Assembly (NCBI RefSeq): GCF_026571515.1
Contig: NW_026854430.1
Location: 1-64,000, forward strand
Source of the DNA: Ruditapes philippinarum
Lineage: Eukaryota
Direction: 5' to 3'
DNA length: 64,000 nucleotides
Shown here: piece by piece, positions 40,701 to 51,636 of the stretch
How positions within the stretch are numbered: the first letter of the stretch is position 1
Layout of the letters: every line of letters begins with the position of its first letter
Made by a program: the position numbers and the translations under genes
Notes under the pieces: model-generated
Told to the model about the DNA's origin: nothing
The model's database searches: none
Seen by the model: the letters and a program-made list of their open reading frames with translations, nothing else

Positions 40701-40979
40701 AATTTGATTAACAAGAATATCTGTGACATACTAGTATATGAGTAATCCTAAACGTCACATCATCGTAGCTAAACAATATTGACGATATTGTAGAAATTTG
40801 AGAAAGACACTAGAAAAATCATGTTAAGCCAAGATGATCTTGACTTTATCAGATTAAATTCCCGTAAAACTGCTTTAGGACATAAGTTCATGCTGGGTGT
40901 TGGTTTTGTATTATTGCTTGCTTTCTTTTCTTTTGTACCAAATTTCAAACATTTCAAGTATTGCAGTTTTAACTTCTAA
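37790..40979 (+). pseudogene. LRR relic module Y copy 7 (best-preserved C-terminus)
   Basis: ORFs 37859 and 39503. AFKRIQD*RKCYQQHNQITNRNYGCG, a Ser/Thr-rich stretch, FMLGVGFVLLLAFFSFV, and TAA at 40977-40979. Confidence 0.65.
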
Positions 40980-41074
40980 ATCAAATTATTGCTATACTAG
41001 CTGTATTTTTTAATATTCTTTCATGAAACTGCACCCGCATTATGCATTACGGAGGGGAAATGTGCAATAACGAA

Positions 41075-41227
41075 NNNNNNNNNNNNNNNNNNNNNNNNNN
41101 NNNNNNNNNNNNNNNNNNNNNNNNNNNNNNNNNNNNNNNNNNNNNNNNNNNNNNNNNNNNNNNNNNNNNNNNNNNNNNNNNNNNNNNNNNNNNNNNNNNN
41201 NNNNNNNNNNNNNNNNNNNNNNNNNNN
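41075..41227. other. Assembly gap (N run)
   Basis: 153 N. Confidence 1.
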
Positions 41228-41404
41228 ACGTAAACATGGCTTACTGCAGTGACCCTCTGTTAGTTTCATTATTGAAATATAACGCCAAATGGACAATTGG
41301 CTTTTTTAACAAGAAACATATACAAAACGCAACATTTCCCTATTAGACGTATACTTCAATGCATTGCGCACTCGTTCTTCTGAGGATGTTAATGCACTAT
41401 CATT

Positions 41405-41705
41405 AGCTCATCCGCTTACCTAAGTAGGAAAAGCATTGGATTATAATCCAAATATTGCTGTTAGAGTCGAGTGAGCAAAGTTTACCCCGTGACATGATAT
41501 CAAAAATTGAGTCTAATAGTCATTTGTCTATCACTGCTAATTCATAAATTTTGTAAGGTAAGAAGTTTTGGTTTTAGTTGTTGGTCACATGTGGAAACAT
41601 TTTTCTTTACTGGTAAGTGTTCCTGCAAAGTCGGTTAGGTGGACCGACGGCCAAGGTATGACCATAAATGTGTAAAAATTGGCGGTTAAACTTAAATTAA
41701 TTCAA
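41405..41705 (+). mobile_element. Degenerate tRNA-derived SINE
   Basis: Same head and body as 15740 and 27900, with tail gtatgaccataaatgtg...ggcggttaaac. Confidence 0.55.
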
Positions 41706-41819
41706 TAAAATTGGTGTCATATATGTTATAAAAAAAATGGATATCTTTGGAAAAAAATATGATGGCATTTGCTCATTCAAAAGGTTGTATTTATTTATTA
41801 CAATCAAGATATGAGTAAT

Positions 41820-42170
41820 GTAAATCATTTCAAAATACACTCAAACTTCATTAGCTTAATTAACCATGCCAAGGAAAATCTCCCCCACTATATGTTTCAC
41901 TCTGATAGCAAATAACTGACTTTGTTAGAGATTTTATCTGTATCCGAAAATTGTAAAAAAGAGATGGACAATCTATTTCAGTAATGACTTATATCGTTCT
42001 TAAACTGAGCTGTCTCCTATATGAAGAAAAATGAAGCCAGTGGCAAATAGCACTTTAATCTCTGAGCTCTGACTGAAGAGTTCTAGTTCTGGGTGTGTTT
42101 TAGTTTCTTCTAATTCATTAACTATCTATGTGTATGATTAGATATGTGTGTTTGCTTTTTTCCTATGTGT
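41820..42170 (+). pseudogene. LRR relic module X copy 4 (large internal deletion at ~41955)
   Basis: LTLLEILSVSENC is joined directly to the gagatggacaatc block, which lies ~0.75-0.9 kb further on in the other copies. Confidence 0.65.
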
Positions 42171-43557
42171 ATGATGTCATGACTAGATATGTTTATATAC
42201 AAGTTGAGGTTATATACAAGTTGAGGATTTGTTAAAGTGACATTATGCTCATTTTTTTCATTGTGAAATTGACTTTAATTGACTATATATTTTAATAAAC
42301 TAGTCGTTATAATGATGATTGACTAACACATGATGTTTAAAAATGTTAAGGGTAAAAAAATAAATCTACCTAATTACATAGAACAGAACAGAACAGAGTT
42401 TATTTCATAACTTGTACACACATATGTACATCGTTATAACAAGCATTTTTAAATATAATTATAGGTCACATATTTAACAATTACACATAAAGAAAAAACA
42501 AATCAATACAATACTGAGCAATGGGATATTTAATACATACAATGTGATACATTACATACACTGACAAAACTCCATTAATCAATTATATATTCATTTCTTT
42601 AAATTACTTCTGTAAATGAATAATGAAGAGTACTAAATTTAAGCGGAGAACAAACTATAACTTCGCTTTAAATCGAATTTGTTTGATAAATTATTTATAT
42701 AATAATATACTGAAAGAACTTCAAGGTATATATAATCAAAACTGCATCCTAATACTATTGAAGATTTCTGAAGTAATCATTTCGTCTGATGTTTGCCTTT
42801 TTTAAATAATAACATAAGTTTGTAAGTATTTTATGACTTTTAGATTGTAGTAGTTCTATAAATTTGGCCATACTAGGCCTAATGTAAAAATATCGCTTAA
42901 TATATTGACTACGTAGATTTTCATAAGCACTGCATTTTAAAACAAAATGATATTCGTCTTCTAGTTCGTTAGCATCACAGAATTGACAAGTTCTTTCGTG
43001 GCGTTCTACACGGCCTCGACCATACCTTCCGGACTCAATTCTAAGTCTGTGGGAGGACACTCGAAGGCGTGTAAGAGCGCTTCTAAATGATTTACAATTA
43101 ATCTTATCTAAATATAATTCATAACAGAACTGATCTTTTACATATGAATATAGATGACTGAGCACACCATTACTAGATACATCTGCACGCCATTCTTGTA
43201 AATAACAATCGATAAGTCTTTGTTTTAAAACAGGTAAGAACTGTTTCAACAATACACTATCGGGAAAATTCCATATTTCGGCAAAACCAAGTACTGCAAG
43301 CAGTTTTTTAATTTTACATGGCCAGTTATTTGTGCCATTTTCACATTTGTCACGGGCATTTTCGTAAATGCATTTTAATATAATGTTATCCGTATTCAGT
43401 AATTTAAACCAATACTTTATTATATGTGTGTACCTAATGATAAATAACGGATACCTCCCTAATTCCCCGTAGACCGATACGTTACTTGTACTTAATTTAA
43501 CGCCCAAAATCGTTTTACAGTATTTGAGATGTACACGTTCTAACTCTTTGGACATAG

Positions 43558-43935
43558 TGTCGTATAGCTGGTTGCACAGGCTAATTAGTCATACATGCTA
43601 TATTCAAAAAGAATGACAAGTCAACATGTATATACATATATTAGGGTTTTTATTTCTTAATGTGCACTATGGAACATGACATGATTTATGAGTATTATAG
43701 TACAGGAGATGCATACGGACTAGCTTATGTCAAGATGATTTATATATGTAACTCTAAAACGTGTGTATTGATATACATTATAAAATGTCCTTAGGACAGG
43801 TTGATATTATATATACTATTCTCAAATGTCAGAGTAGGGGAGTTCAGTTTTGGTATTCAACTCGTTCACATGTGTGTTTGTATTTGTATATTAAAAGTAT
43901 GTAACATCCGTGAGTTCTTCCTCCGTTATACGACA
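43558..43935 (+). repeat. 5' LTR (378 bp)
   Basis: tgtcgtata...tatacgaca 9-bp terminal inverted repeat. Differs from the 3' LTR by one substitution and one T-run indel (by eye). Confidence 0.97.
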
Positions 43936-43945
43936 ACGGTTGATT

Positions 43946-43953
43946 TGGCGCCC
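43946..43953 (+). promoter_or_regulatory. Candidate primer-binding site (TGGCGCCC, tRNA-Lys-like)
   Basis: 8-nt complement to the 3' end of tRNA-Lys (GGGCGCCA), 10 nt downstream of the LTR. Confidence 0.5.
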
Positions 43954-44067
43954 TAGACCAGCGATGTCGAAGCGACGATTTTGGACAGCGGGACACAACA
44001 AAGTACCTGAAATAGAAAATTAAAGGTGAGTGATCGTTTATATACCTGTAATTTGCTAATTTTGAAG

Positions 44068-44991
44068 ATGTCAGATCAAGATATAGCTACAATTTTTGAA
44101 AATTTGTCGGATAGATTAGACAATATTTCAACTGTCATAGGTACACAGGGTTTATCAGAAATAGTACAAAATTTTGATGGAAATTCTAAATATTTTAATG
44201 ACTGGATAAAATCTATAGAAAAATATGCTGTTTTAAAAGGTTTGGATGATAATAAAATAAAATTAGTTGCATTTCAATCAAGTAAAGGGACTGTAAGCGA
44301 TTTTATATGTAGATATTTGCGTGATAATCATCGTAATTCGTGGGAACAATTAAAAGAAGAAATAAGTACTAGATTTGGGGAAATTAAAGATTTACATCAT
44401 GAATTTTATCTTTTGAGAAATTTAAAACAAGATTTGGGAGAAAGTGTTCAAATTTTTGGAGAAAAATTTATTAATTGTGCTGAAACCGCTTATGAAAATT
44501 ATAAACTAGGAAATAATAGTTTTATTGAACTTCAGTTAGTAGAATTGTTTACGGATAATTTAGCGCATAATTATTTAAAACTTAAACTTATGAGAGAAAA
44601 GCCAAAAACTTTACAAGAAGCAATTACTTGCGCAATGAATGAACAGAATTTCAGAGCTAGATTTTCTGCCAGAGTAAAATTTTCTAATTCTCAAAATCAC
44701 GCAAAATACAATAATTACAGAGCAAATAATTCTAATCAATATTATACAAGAAATTTTTGTGCGTACTGTAAGAGACCAGGTCACCATGTGCGTAGTTGTA
44801 GATTTAGGAAAAATGAAATATATTCTGTATTTCACCGACAAAATTTTTCACGATTTAGGAAAAATAATAGCAATAATAGTTTGAAATCAAAGATTAAGTG
44901 CTGGAAATGTAATAATTTTGGTCATATTATGCGTGAATGTCGTAAACAAAATTTTTACGACAGAAACAAAATATTTTTTCAGGAAAACTAG
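44068..44991 (+). CDS. gag: Gypsy Gag with two CCHC zinc knuckles
   Basis: ATG at 44068. CAYCKRPGHHVRSC and CWKCNNFGHIMREC. Confidence 0.9.
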   Translation: MSDQDIATIFENLSDRLDNISTVIGTQGLSEIVQNFDGNSKYFNDWIKSIEKYAVLKGLDDNKIKLVAFQSSKGTVSDFICRYLRDNHRNSWEQLKEEISTRFGEIKDLHHEFYLLRNLKQDLGESVQIFGEKFINCAETAYENYKLGNNSFIELQLVELFTDNLAHNYLKLKLMREKPKTLQEAITCAMNEQNFRARFSARVKFSNSQNHAKYNNYRANNSNQYYTRNFCAYCKRPGHHVRSCRFRKNEIYSVFHRQNFSRFRKNNSNNSLKSKIKCWKCNNFGHIMRECRKQNFYDRNKIFFQEN

Positions 44992-45026
44992 CAAGTTCCT
45001 GTCACAAAGGGGTCATTGACAGGAAC
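44982..45026 (+). promoter_or_regulatory. -1 ribosomal frameshift signal (G GAA AAC plus stem-loop)
   Basis: Heptamer at 44982-44988, 6-nt spacer, perfect 10-bp stem gttcctgtca/tgacaggaac. pol is in the -1 frame and open through this site. Confidence 0.8.
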
Positions 45027-48000
45027 GATAAAATACCAAAATTTAGTATAGCATTAGCTGGAAGCCCTAATTCGTGTTTGATTAAAATAGAAAACTATAA
45101 ATACAGATCGTTAGTAGATTCAGGTGCTGAAGTTTGTCTTCTGCATCGCAGAATATATAGAAAATTGAAGAATCCCCCTCAACTTATTAAACAGAAAATA
45201 AATTTATGTTCAGTTGACGGAAATTATTTACATATAGATGGTTATATAAATCTAAATTTTCAAATAGGGAAAACAGAAACAACTCAAAAATTCTATGTTG
45301 TTTCTAAAATGAATAGAAATATTATTTTAGGCCGTGATTGGTTAACACAAAATGGCGTTAGATTATATTTTGATTTAGGCTGCTTAAGAGTTAATAATAC
45401 ATATGTACCCCTCGAAGAAGATATTCATATTGCATCAATTGTTAGATTAAAACAGGATGTTATTCTGAAACCTCAAACAGTTAATGTGTGCACTGCTAAG
45501 TTAAAACAAAATCCAGGCTTGGAAAATGATAAATTATATGAATTAAAAAGTATAGAAACTGGAATGATTGCTTCTGAACCAGGTCTTATGATAACAAATT
45601 CTGTTATGAAACTTTCGGCTGATAGAAGATTTCCTATTATGATTGTCAATAATACACATAAAACTATAAGATTGAAACGAGATTCAGTAGTTGCTAAAGT
45701 TTCAGAAGTTGAGAGCATTAACTCGGTCACAGAGGCTCTTCAAAAAACTTCCCCTCTTAACAACGATTTCAAACGTGATTTTCATACACCTTCAGAGCAT
45801 TTTAATATTGTTAGAGACTTTTTAAGGAAAAATAGAAATATTTTCGCAAATAAAGATTCTGAATTATCACAAACAGATACTGTAACCATGAAAATACCAA
45901 CAGGTAATCATCCTCCAATCAAATTACGCCCATATCGCACACCTTTAAACAATAGAAAATTTATGAGTGACGCAATCGATGAGATGTTAGATGCTAATAT
46001 TATAAGAAGAAGTCATAGCCCTTATTCATTTCCTGTTGTTATTGTCGGGAAACGTGACGGCAGTAAACGGTTTTGTGTTGATTTTAGACAATTGAATAAA
46101 ATTACAAAGCCAACATCATATCCTCTCCCATTAATTGACGATATTTTAACTCTACTAGGGTCTTCAAAATATTTTACAACACTAGACATGCGCTCAGGGT
46201 TTTGGCAAATACCCGTGCATGAATCAGACAAGGAAAAAACGGCTTTTACGACATTCCGAGGCTTGTTTGAGTTCAACCGAACCCCTTTTGGCCTAGTTTC
46301 TGCCCCTGGAGTTTTCCAAGAACTCATGTCACATGTCTTACAAGGTTTAGAGGCATTTGCTGTCAGTTATCTTGACGACATTCTGATATTTTCGAAGTCA
46401 TTAAATGAACATTTATCACATATACAGACAGTATTTTCAAAGCTTAAAGAGCATAAATTAAAACTTAAACTGAAAAAGTGCAGTTTTATTCAGCAACAAA
46501 CAAAGTACCTTGGTTTTATAATTGATCAGGAAGGTATAAAACCAGACCCAGAAAAAGTAAAAGCTATTAGGTCACTTCCGGTACCAAAATGTGTTAAAGA
46601 TGTCAGATCTTTACTTGGTGCTGCTGGTTTTTATAGAAGATTTTGCCCTAAATATTCTAAAATTGTTGAACCTCTAATCAATCTTACAAGAAAAAACGTG
46701 TTTTGTTTAAATGGACAAAAGAATGTCAAGAAAGTTTTGAACAATTAAAGAAAATGTTAACACGTATTCCACTTTTAGCATTCCCAGACCCAAATAAGCC
46801 TTATATTCTATACACGGACTCCTCAGATTTAGTGGTCGGAGCATGTTTAAGTCAGAAATGTGACAAATCTGGTATTGAAAAACCTATATACTTCTTATCT
46901 CATAAATTAAGTGAATCTCAAAGAAAGTACAGTACCATAGAAAAAGAAGCATTCAGTATTCATTATGCGTTACAAAAATTAGATGTTTATTTACATAATG
47001 CAGAGTTTACTATATTTACAGACCATAAACCTTTAAAATATCTTCTAGAAGCACCTATGCAAAACAAAAGAATTCAGCTTTGGGCTTTTAAATATTTCTG
47101 CCTATAACTGTAAAATTGAATATTTGCCAGGAAAATTAAATTTAATTGCCGATTTCTTTTCTAGACCTCCAGCTGATGATAAAAATGCTAACAAGTCCGA
47201 TATTGAAATTTATGAGCCTGATATAAATGACAATGCCTTCGAAATAACAGTCTCAAATTCAAGTAATAATTCAAATAATGATAATGTACATGCTGTGAAA
47301 ACTGATGAAAGCTATGAAGTAAATGCTTTTGATTCTACGCACTTTAATGCCAAAGAAATAGCAAACAAAGAATACCAATTTCAAGAGCCAATTGTAGAAG
47401 ATATTAAACAATTCGAAAAAATTAAATATGGCCTCAGAGCAAGATAAAGATCAAACTATTCTTGAACTGAAAATGTTACTACGTCACGGACCGCCAACTA
47501 AATCAGTGCAGAGCAAAATATTTAGAAATTGACCAAGTTCTTTATTATCTGTCAAATGTAGATGATAATCCTAATCTTAGATTTGTTTGTTCCGCAACAC
47601 TTAAAAACACCTTGTCATTACTCAATATCATTTAAATAATGGTCACCAGGAACACAGAGGTTATTTACAACAATAAAACAAAAATATTTTTGGCCAAATA
47701 TGTTCAAAGAATTGTATGAATATGTTTCTAAATGTGTTGATTGTCAGTCACGTAATCTTACAAAAATAAAAGCACCTATGGGCGAAACAAGAGTACCAAT
47801 GTATTCATTCCAGACCATGAGTATAGACGTTATTGGGCCCTATGAGAAAACAATGAGTGGTAACCGCTACATTATTTGTTTTATTGACCTTTACAGTGGT
47901 TATCCCGAGTGTTTCCCTACTGCTGACAAAAGTACTGATACAATTATACATTTACTATTAGAAGAAATTTACCCTAGATACGCATGTCCATTACAAATTG

Positions 48001-49181
48001 TCACTGACAATGGATCAGAATTCACAAGTAATGCTTTCAAAGAAAACACTTAAAGAGTTAAGAATTGATCACGTGCGTACAACTACCTATCATGCTGCCG
48101 GAAACGCGAAAAAATGAACGTTCTCACCATGTCATACATGATATCTTAGCTAAAAGAATCCAGGGAAATCTCAAACAATGGGATATTCATCTTAACATGA
48201 CACTAGCCGCACTTAGATTCAATGTCTCTAGGACTTCAAAGCATAGTCCATTTTATTTGTTATATAACCGTGAGGCCATATTACCCGTTGACCTGTTGCT
48301 ACAACCAAGGCAGCGCTTTCATGGCGAAGAGTATCACAAAATTGCATTACAAGAACAACATAATACTTTTCTATCTGTTTATAAAAACCTTAAAAAAGCA
48401 AAACGCGAACAAGCTAGCTATGCAGATAAGACCGCAAAAGATATCAAATTTGAAATAGGCGATCCCGTATTTTATAAAAATTTTTCGTAAGAGAAGCAAA
48501 CTAGATGTGAATTGGAAGCCATTTTATAGAATTATGGAGAAAAGGTCACCATTAACTTATATAATAAAAAATCAATTTGACAATTCAACAGTTAAAGTCC
48601 ATGCAGAACAAATTAGGCTTGCAAATATTAATGACTGGTCAATACCAAAAGCAGATAATACTGGCCGACCAAAAAGAAATGCCACATTTGTAGTTACACC
48701 TGAAAATAGCGATACTGATGATGCTTCAGAAATACCAGAATCAGTATTACCCCAAGTTGCTAAGAATGTTAGAAAAGAAAGGTCAAATTCTGATAGTGAA
48801 GATGATATTCCATTAGCCGAATTACAGAAACATCTTCGACAACAACAACAAATTTCAAATAATGAAAATGCTCAAAGTAATGCACATTCAGAAGAAATGC
48901 AATCGCAGACTGATTCAGAATTATCAGACTCAAATTCCATACAAGTAAATAGCAATCCTCCGTCACAAGCAACATATAATGCTATTCAGTCAGATTCAAT
49001 GGCTGATGATAACGATTCAGATAATGAAATGTTTATAAACTCTATTTCTACTAAAAAGAAAAGTATTGTAAAACCTCGATATCAAGTATCTGGTAAGGTA
49101 AACACAAAGTTACAAAGTAAAGATAAAGGGTCGAAATCAAGTTTTAAAATGATTTTACAAGGATTAGCTGAATTGTTATAG
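44982..49181 (+). CDS. pol: Gypsy Pol (protease, RT, RNase H, integrase, low-complexity tail) broken by multiple frameshifts
   Basis: LVDSGA, RFCVDFR, YLDD, YTDSS...EKEA...TDHKPL, SIDVIGP...VTDNGSEF and WKPFYRI, spread over at least 6 ORF pieces. Confidence 0.9.
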
Positions 49182-49997
49182 AACGTTATATTCCGTGTTA
49201 TATGCTATACTAATTTTCGGTAAATTGACCTCAGGCATTGTAAATAGTAATTATGGAAAGAAGAAAATATATATGTTCAAAGAAAACAATATAAAACAAA
49301 ACAGAAAATTACATTATTTAACCATATATCTTTATATTTTTGGTGGTTGTATTCATTTGCATTAATCTTCAAGTTGTTTTTATTAGAACTATATATCTTA
49401 GATTTTTTTTTATTATTGCTTAAAATGATCGTTATTCGCTATATGTTTATTAATAGATCGGTTAATTAAAATGCATTTCAAAGTAAATGACAGCACTTAA
49501 TCATGAGTTTCAAATTGATTATTTACTTTATTTCATATTAGAATAACATGTGTATACATACATGTTTCAACTGTCAACGCACAATCATTAAATAAAGTTT
49601 AAATTGGGATAAGTCTTATTGTCGAAATAAAACTAAAGTTAATAGCTTAGTTAAAAAACTAACAAAATATGTCTAGAAAAGTAAAAAATTTTTTAAATAT
49701 CAAGTATTACATAAATATGATACTTACACTAGAGAACATCTTTCATTGGAATTCTTATCCTATGCATTTTATGACAGTTGTCTTGTTGTTCATATATCTG
49801 AAACAAAATTATGTTTATTGTATATAATATCTATTAACCGATCTGACAACGGACGAAAATGCAAAATATTGGTCTAACGATCACTTGTCGTCCAGTCAAG
49901 ACAGAGAGGTGCGAGCGACTTCGCCGGTACAGTCAAACACCGCCTGACTAGAAATATTACAGTCAGCCTCTACGATGTCAAACTATGTACAACAAAA

Positions 49998-50159
49998 ACC
50001 ATGCAGATATAACCATAAAACACCTTCTTCGATGTAAAACCATGCAGATATAACCATTAACACCTTCTTCGATGTACAACCAAGCAGATATAACCATAAA
50101 CACCTTATTCGATGTACAACCATGCAGATATAACCATAAACACCTTCTTCGATGTAAAA
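49998..50159. repeat. Tandem repeat ~4 x 40 bp in the Gypsy 3' region, followed by (AAC)n at ~50218-50246
   Basis: Unit gatgtacaaccatgcagatataaccataaacaccttcttc at 50031, 50071 and 50111, plus a partial first unit. Confidence 0.9.
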
Positions 50160-51621
50160 TTATATGAAATAAGCGTCTACGATGTTTAAAATATATAACT
50201 ATGCTGACACAGCCGTCAACAACAACAACAACAACAACAACAACAAAATTGTGGAATCAAATAAACTTTTGTTCCTGTCTTCAACCAGAGAAGCCGAAAA
50301 CTTCCGTTTATCAATAGAATATGTGTTATATAAACTTAAAAACAAAAACCCAGAGAAATACTGATGACAACTTCTTATGTGCGCGACAGAGATATCCAAA
50401 ATAAATATCACATAAACATTTGCGAGAATCGTACAACAGTAAACTATTAATTTAATTATCTTATTACTCAAAAACATTGCTACATAAATGAAGAATTATA
50501 GATCTATCATCACTTTGTTGTATTGTTCAATACAAGACATTCTTTTTACAACGACGAAACAAGAACAGCGTTTACAGATGTGCCAATAAATATTCGAATA
50601 TAACTTTATCAACTTGTGTATAAAGTCTACGTTTACACATATCAAATACATATATATAAATTTTAAAGAATCTTCAACAACATCAACCATTTATGAACAA
50701 TTATGAGTGCCAATTTAAAATTATTCTTTAGAAAGCTACATACCAACGATTTGAAATTCCCGACACGTCACGAAGACCAAGCCATACTGATGTCAGCAAG
50801 TACCTGTTACAAGTACCTGTTACAAAAAACATACCTGTCACAGGAAGTGTTCAATGCGCATGCACAATACACGTTTTACAGGAAATGAAACACCTGGACA
50901 TTTTATCAATTATCAATTGTTATAATATTTTTTAAACTTTTTCGTATATAAATATCTTTTCTACTCTTATCATACATATAATTCTGTTAAATTTTATACC
51001 TTAAAGTTTTTCTAATTAATATTCTTAAAATAATTTGTTCTTTGAAAATTGTTAACTTATTTGTTTGTTTTTTATGTTTTCTTGATCTCTAGAAATTAAC
51101 TTTTTTTTTCTTTTTTTTTTATGATGAAATAAAGGAAATTTAATATTTATTATTTATTGAAAAACTTATAAAGCTATAATATTTACCTTATGTCACTTTA
51201 ATATTATTTGTAGAATAACAGTTATATTAACTGATTAAAAATTTCGAAAAGATTATCTTTACATTTAACAATAATTATTTTTTTTACTTATTAAAAACAT
51301 TACAAAATTGTTGAAGTAAATTATAACTTACCCGACTGCAGTATCCGAAAACTTTTTAAAAGTGACAAGAAAAAATATTGAGCGGATATTTCCGAATATT
51401 GTTTCCTAAGGCGTTTTTTTCTTTAAAAGATAAAGTAATAAAAAGTCGTTAGATAACATCTCTGACCGGACATCTCTGACCGGATATTACCTTAAGGGTA
51501 AAACAGATGTCAAGTTGATTTTAGATTTTAGATTTTTATAATCTGTTAGAACGAGTTTGAAATGTTTGATATTAAATAATAATTTGTTCAATACTTTTTT
51601 TTTTTAAATATTTTTTTTTAT

Positions 51622-51635
51622 AAGTAATGGAGGTA
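51622..51635 (+). promoter_or_regulatory. Polypurine-tract-like sequence
   Basis: aagtaatggaggta after a T-rich run, immediately before the 3' LTR. Confidence 0.55.
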
Positions 51636-51636
51636 T

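Larger units (their letters stand above)
1..42170 (+). pseudogene. Tandem array of decayed LRR-protein gene copies (modules X and Y, ~9-10 kb higher-order period)
   Basis: + strand translations through stops repeatedly fit LxxLxLxxNxL and F-x-G-L motifs: LRFLTLIENQ (376-405), ISVEALKG*NRFET (1119-1160), FRENSVQYIENG (ORF 16182), EIFRGFLK and KNIWQFSTGWLTQSELS (ORF 16569), TLATFDLYYN (ORF 18079), KIMSTNALKADLRNHIVLYVH (ORF 24802), NAFTN*LSLCYL (27521-27556), ISPRSF...WINNNLIGLIQVNLF (ORF 28862), KFVTLQNNFMQSM (ORF 39503), AFKRIQD*RKCYQQHNQITN (40389-40448), LTLLEILSVSENC (41916-41954). The marker block gtaaatcatttcaaaatacactc recurs at ~10119, 19161, 28261 and 41820. Confidence 0.75.

Noticed and set aside
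44611-48975. Minus-strand ORFs inside gag/pol, and + ORFs inside the LINEs
   Set aside because: Antisense shadows of the real reading frames.
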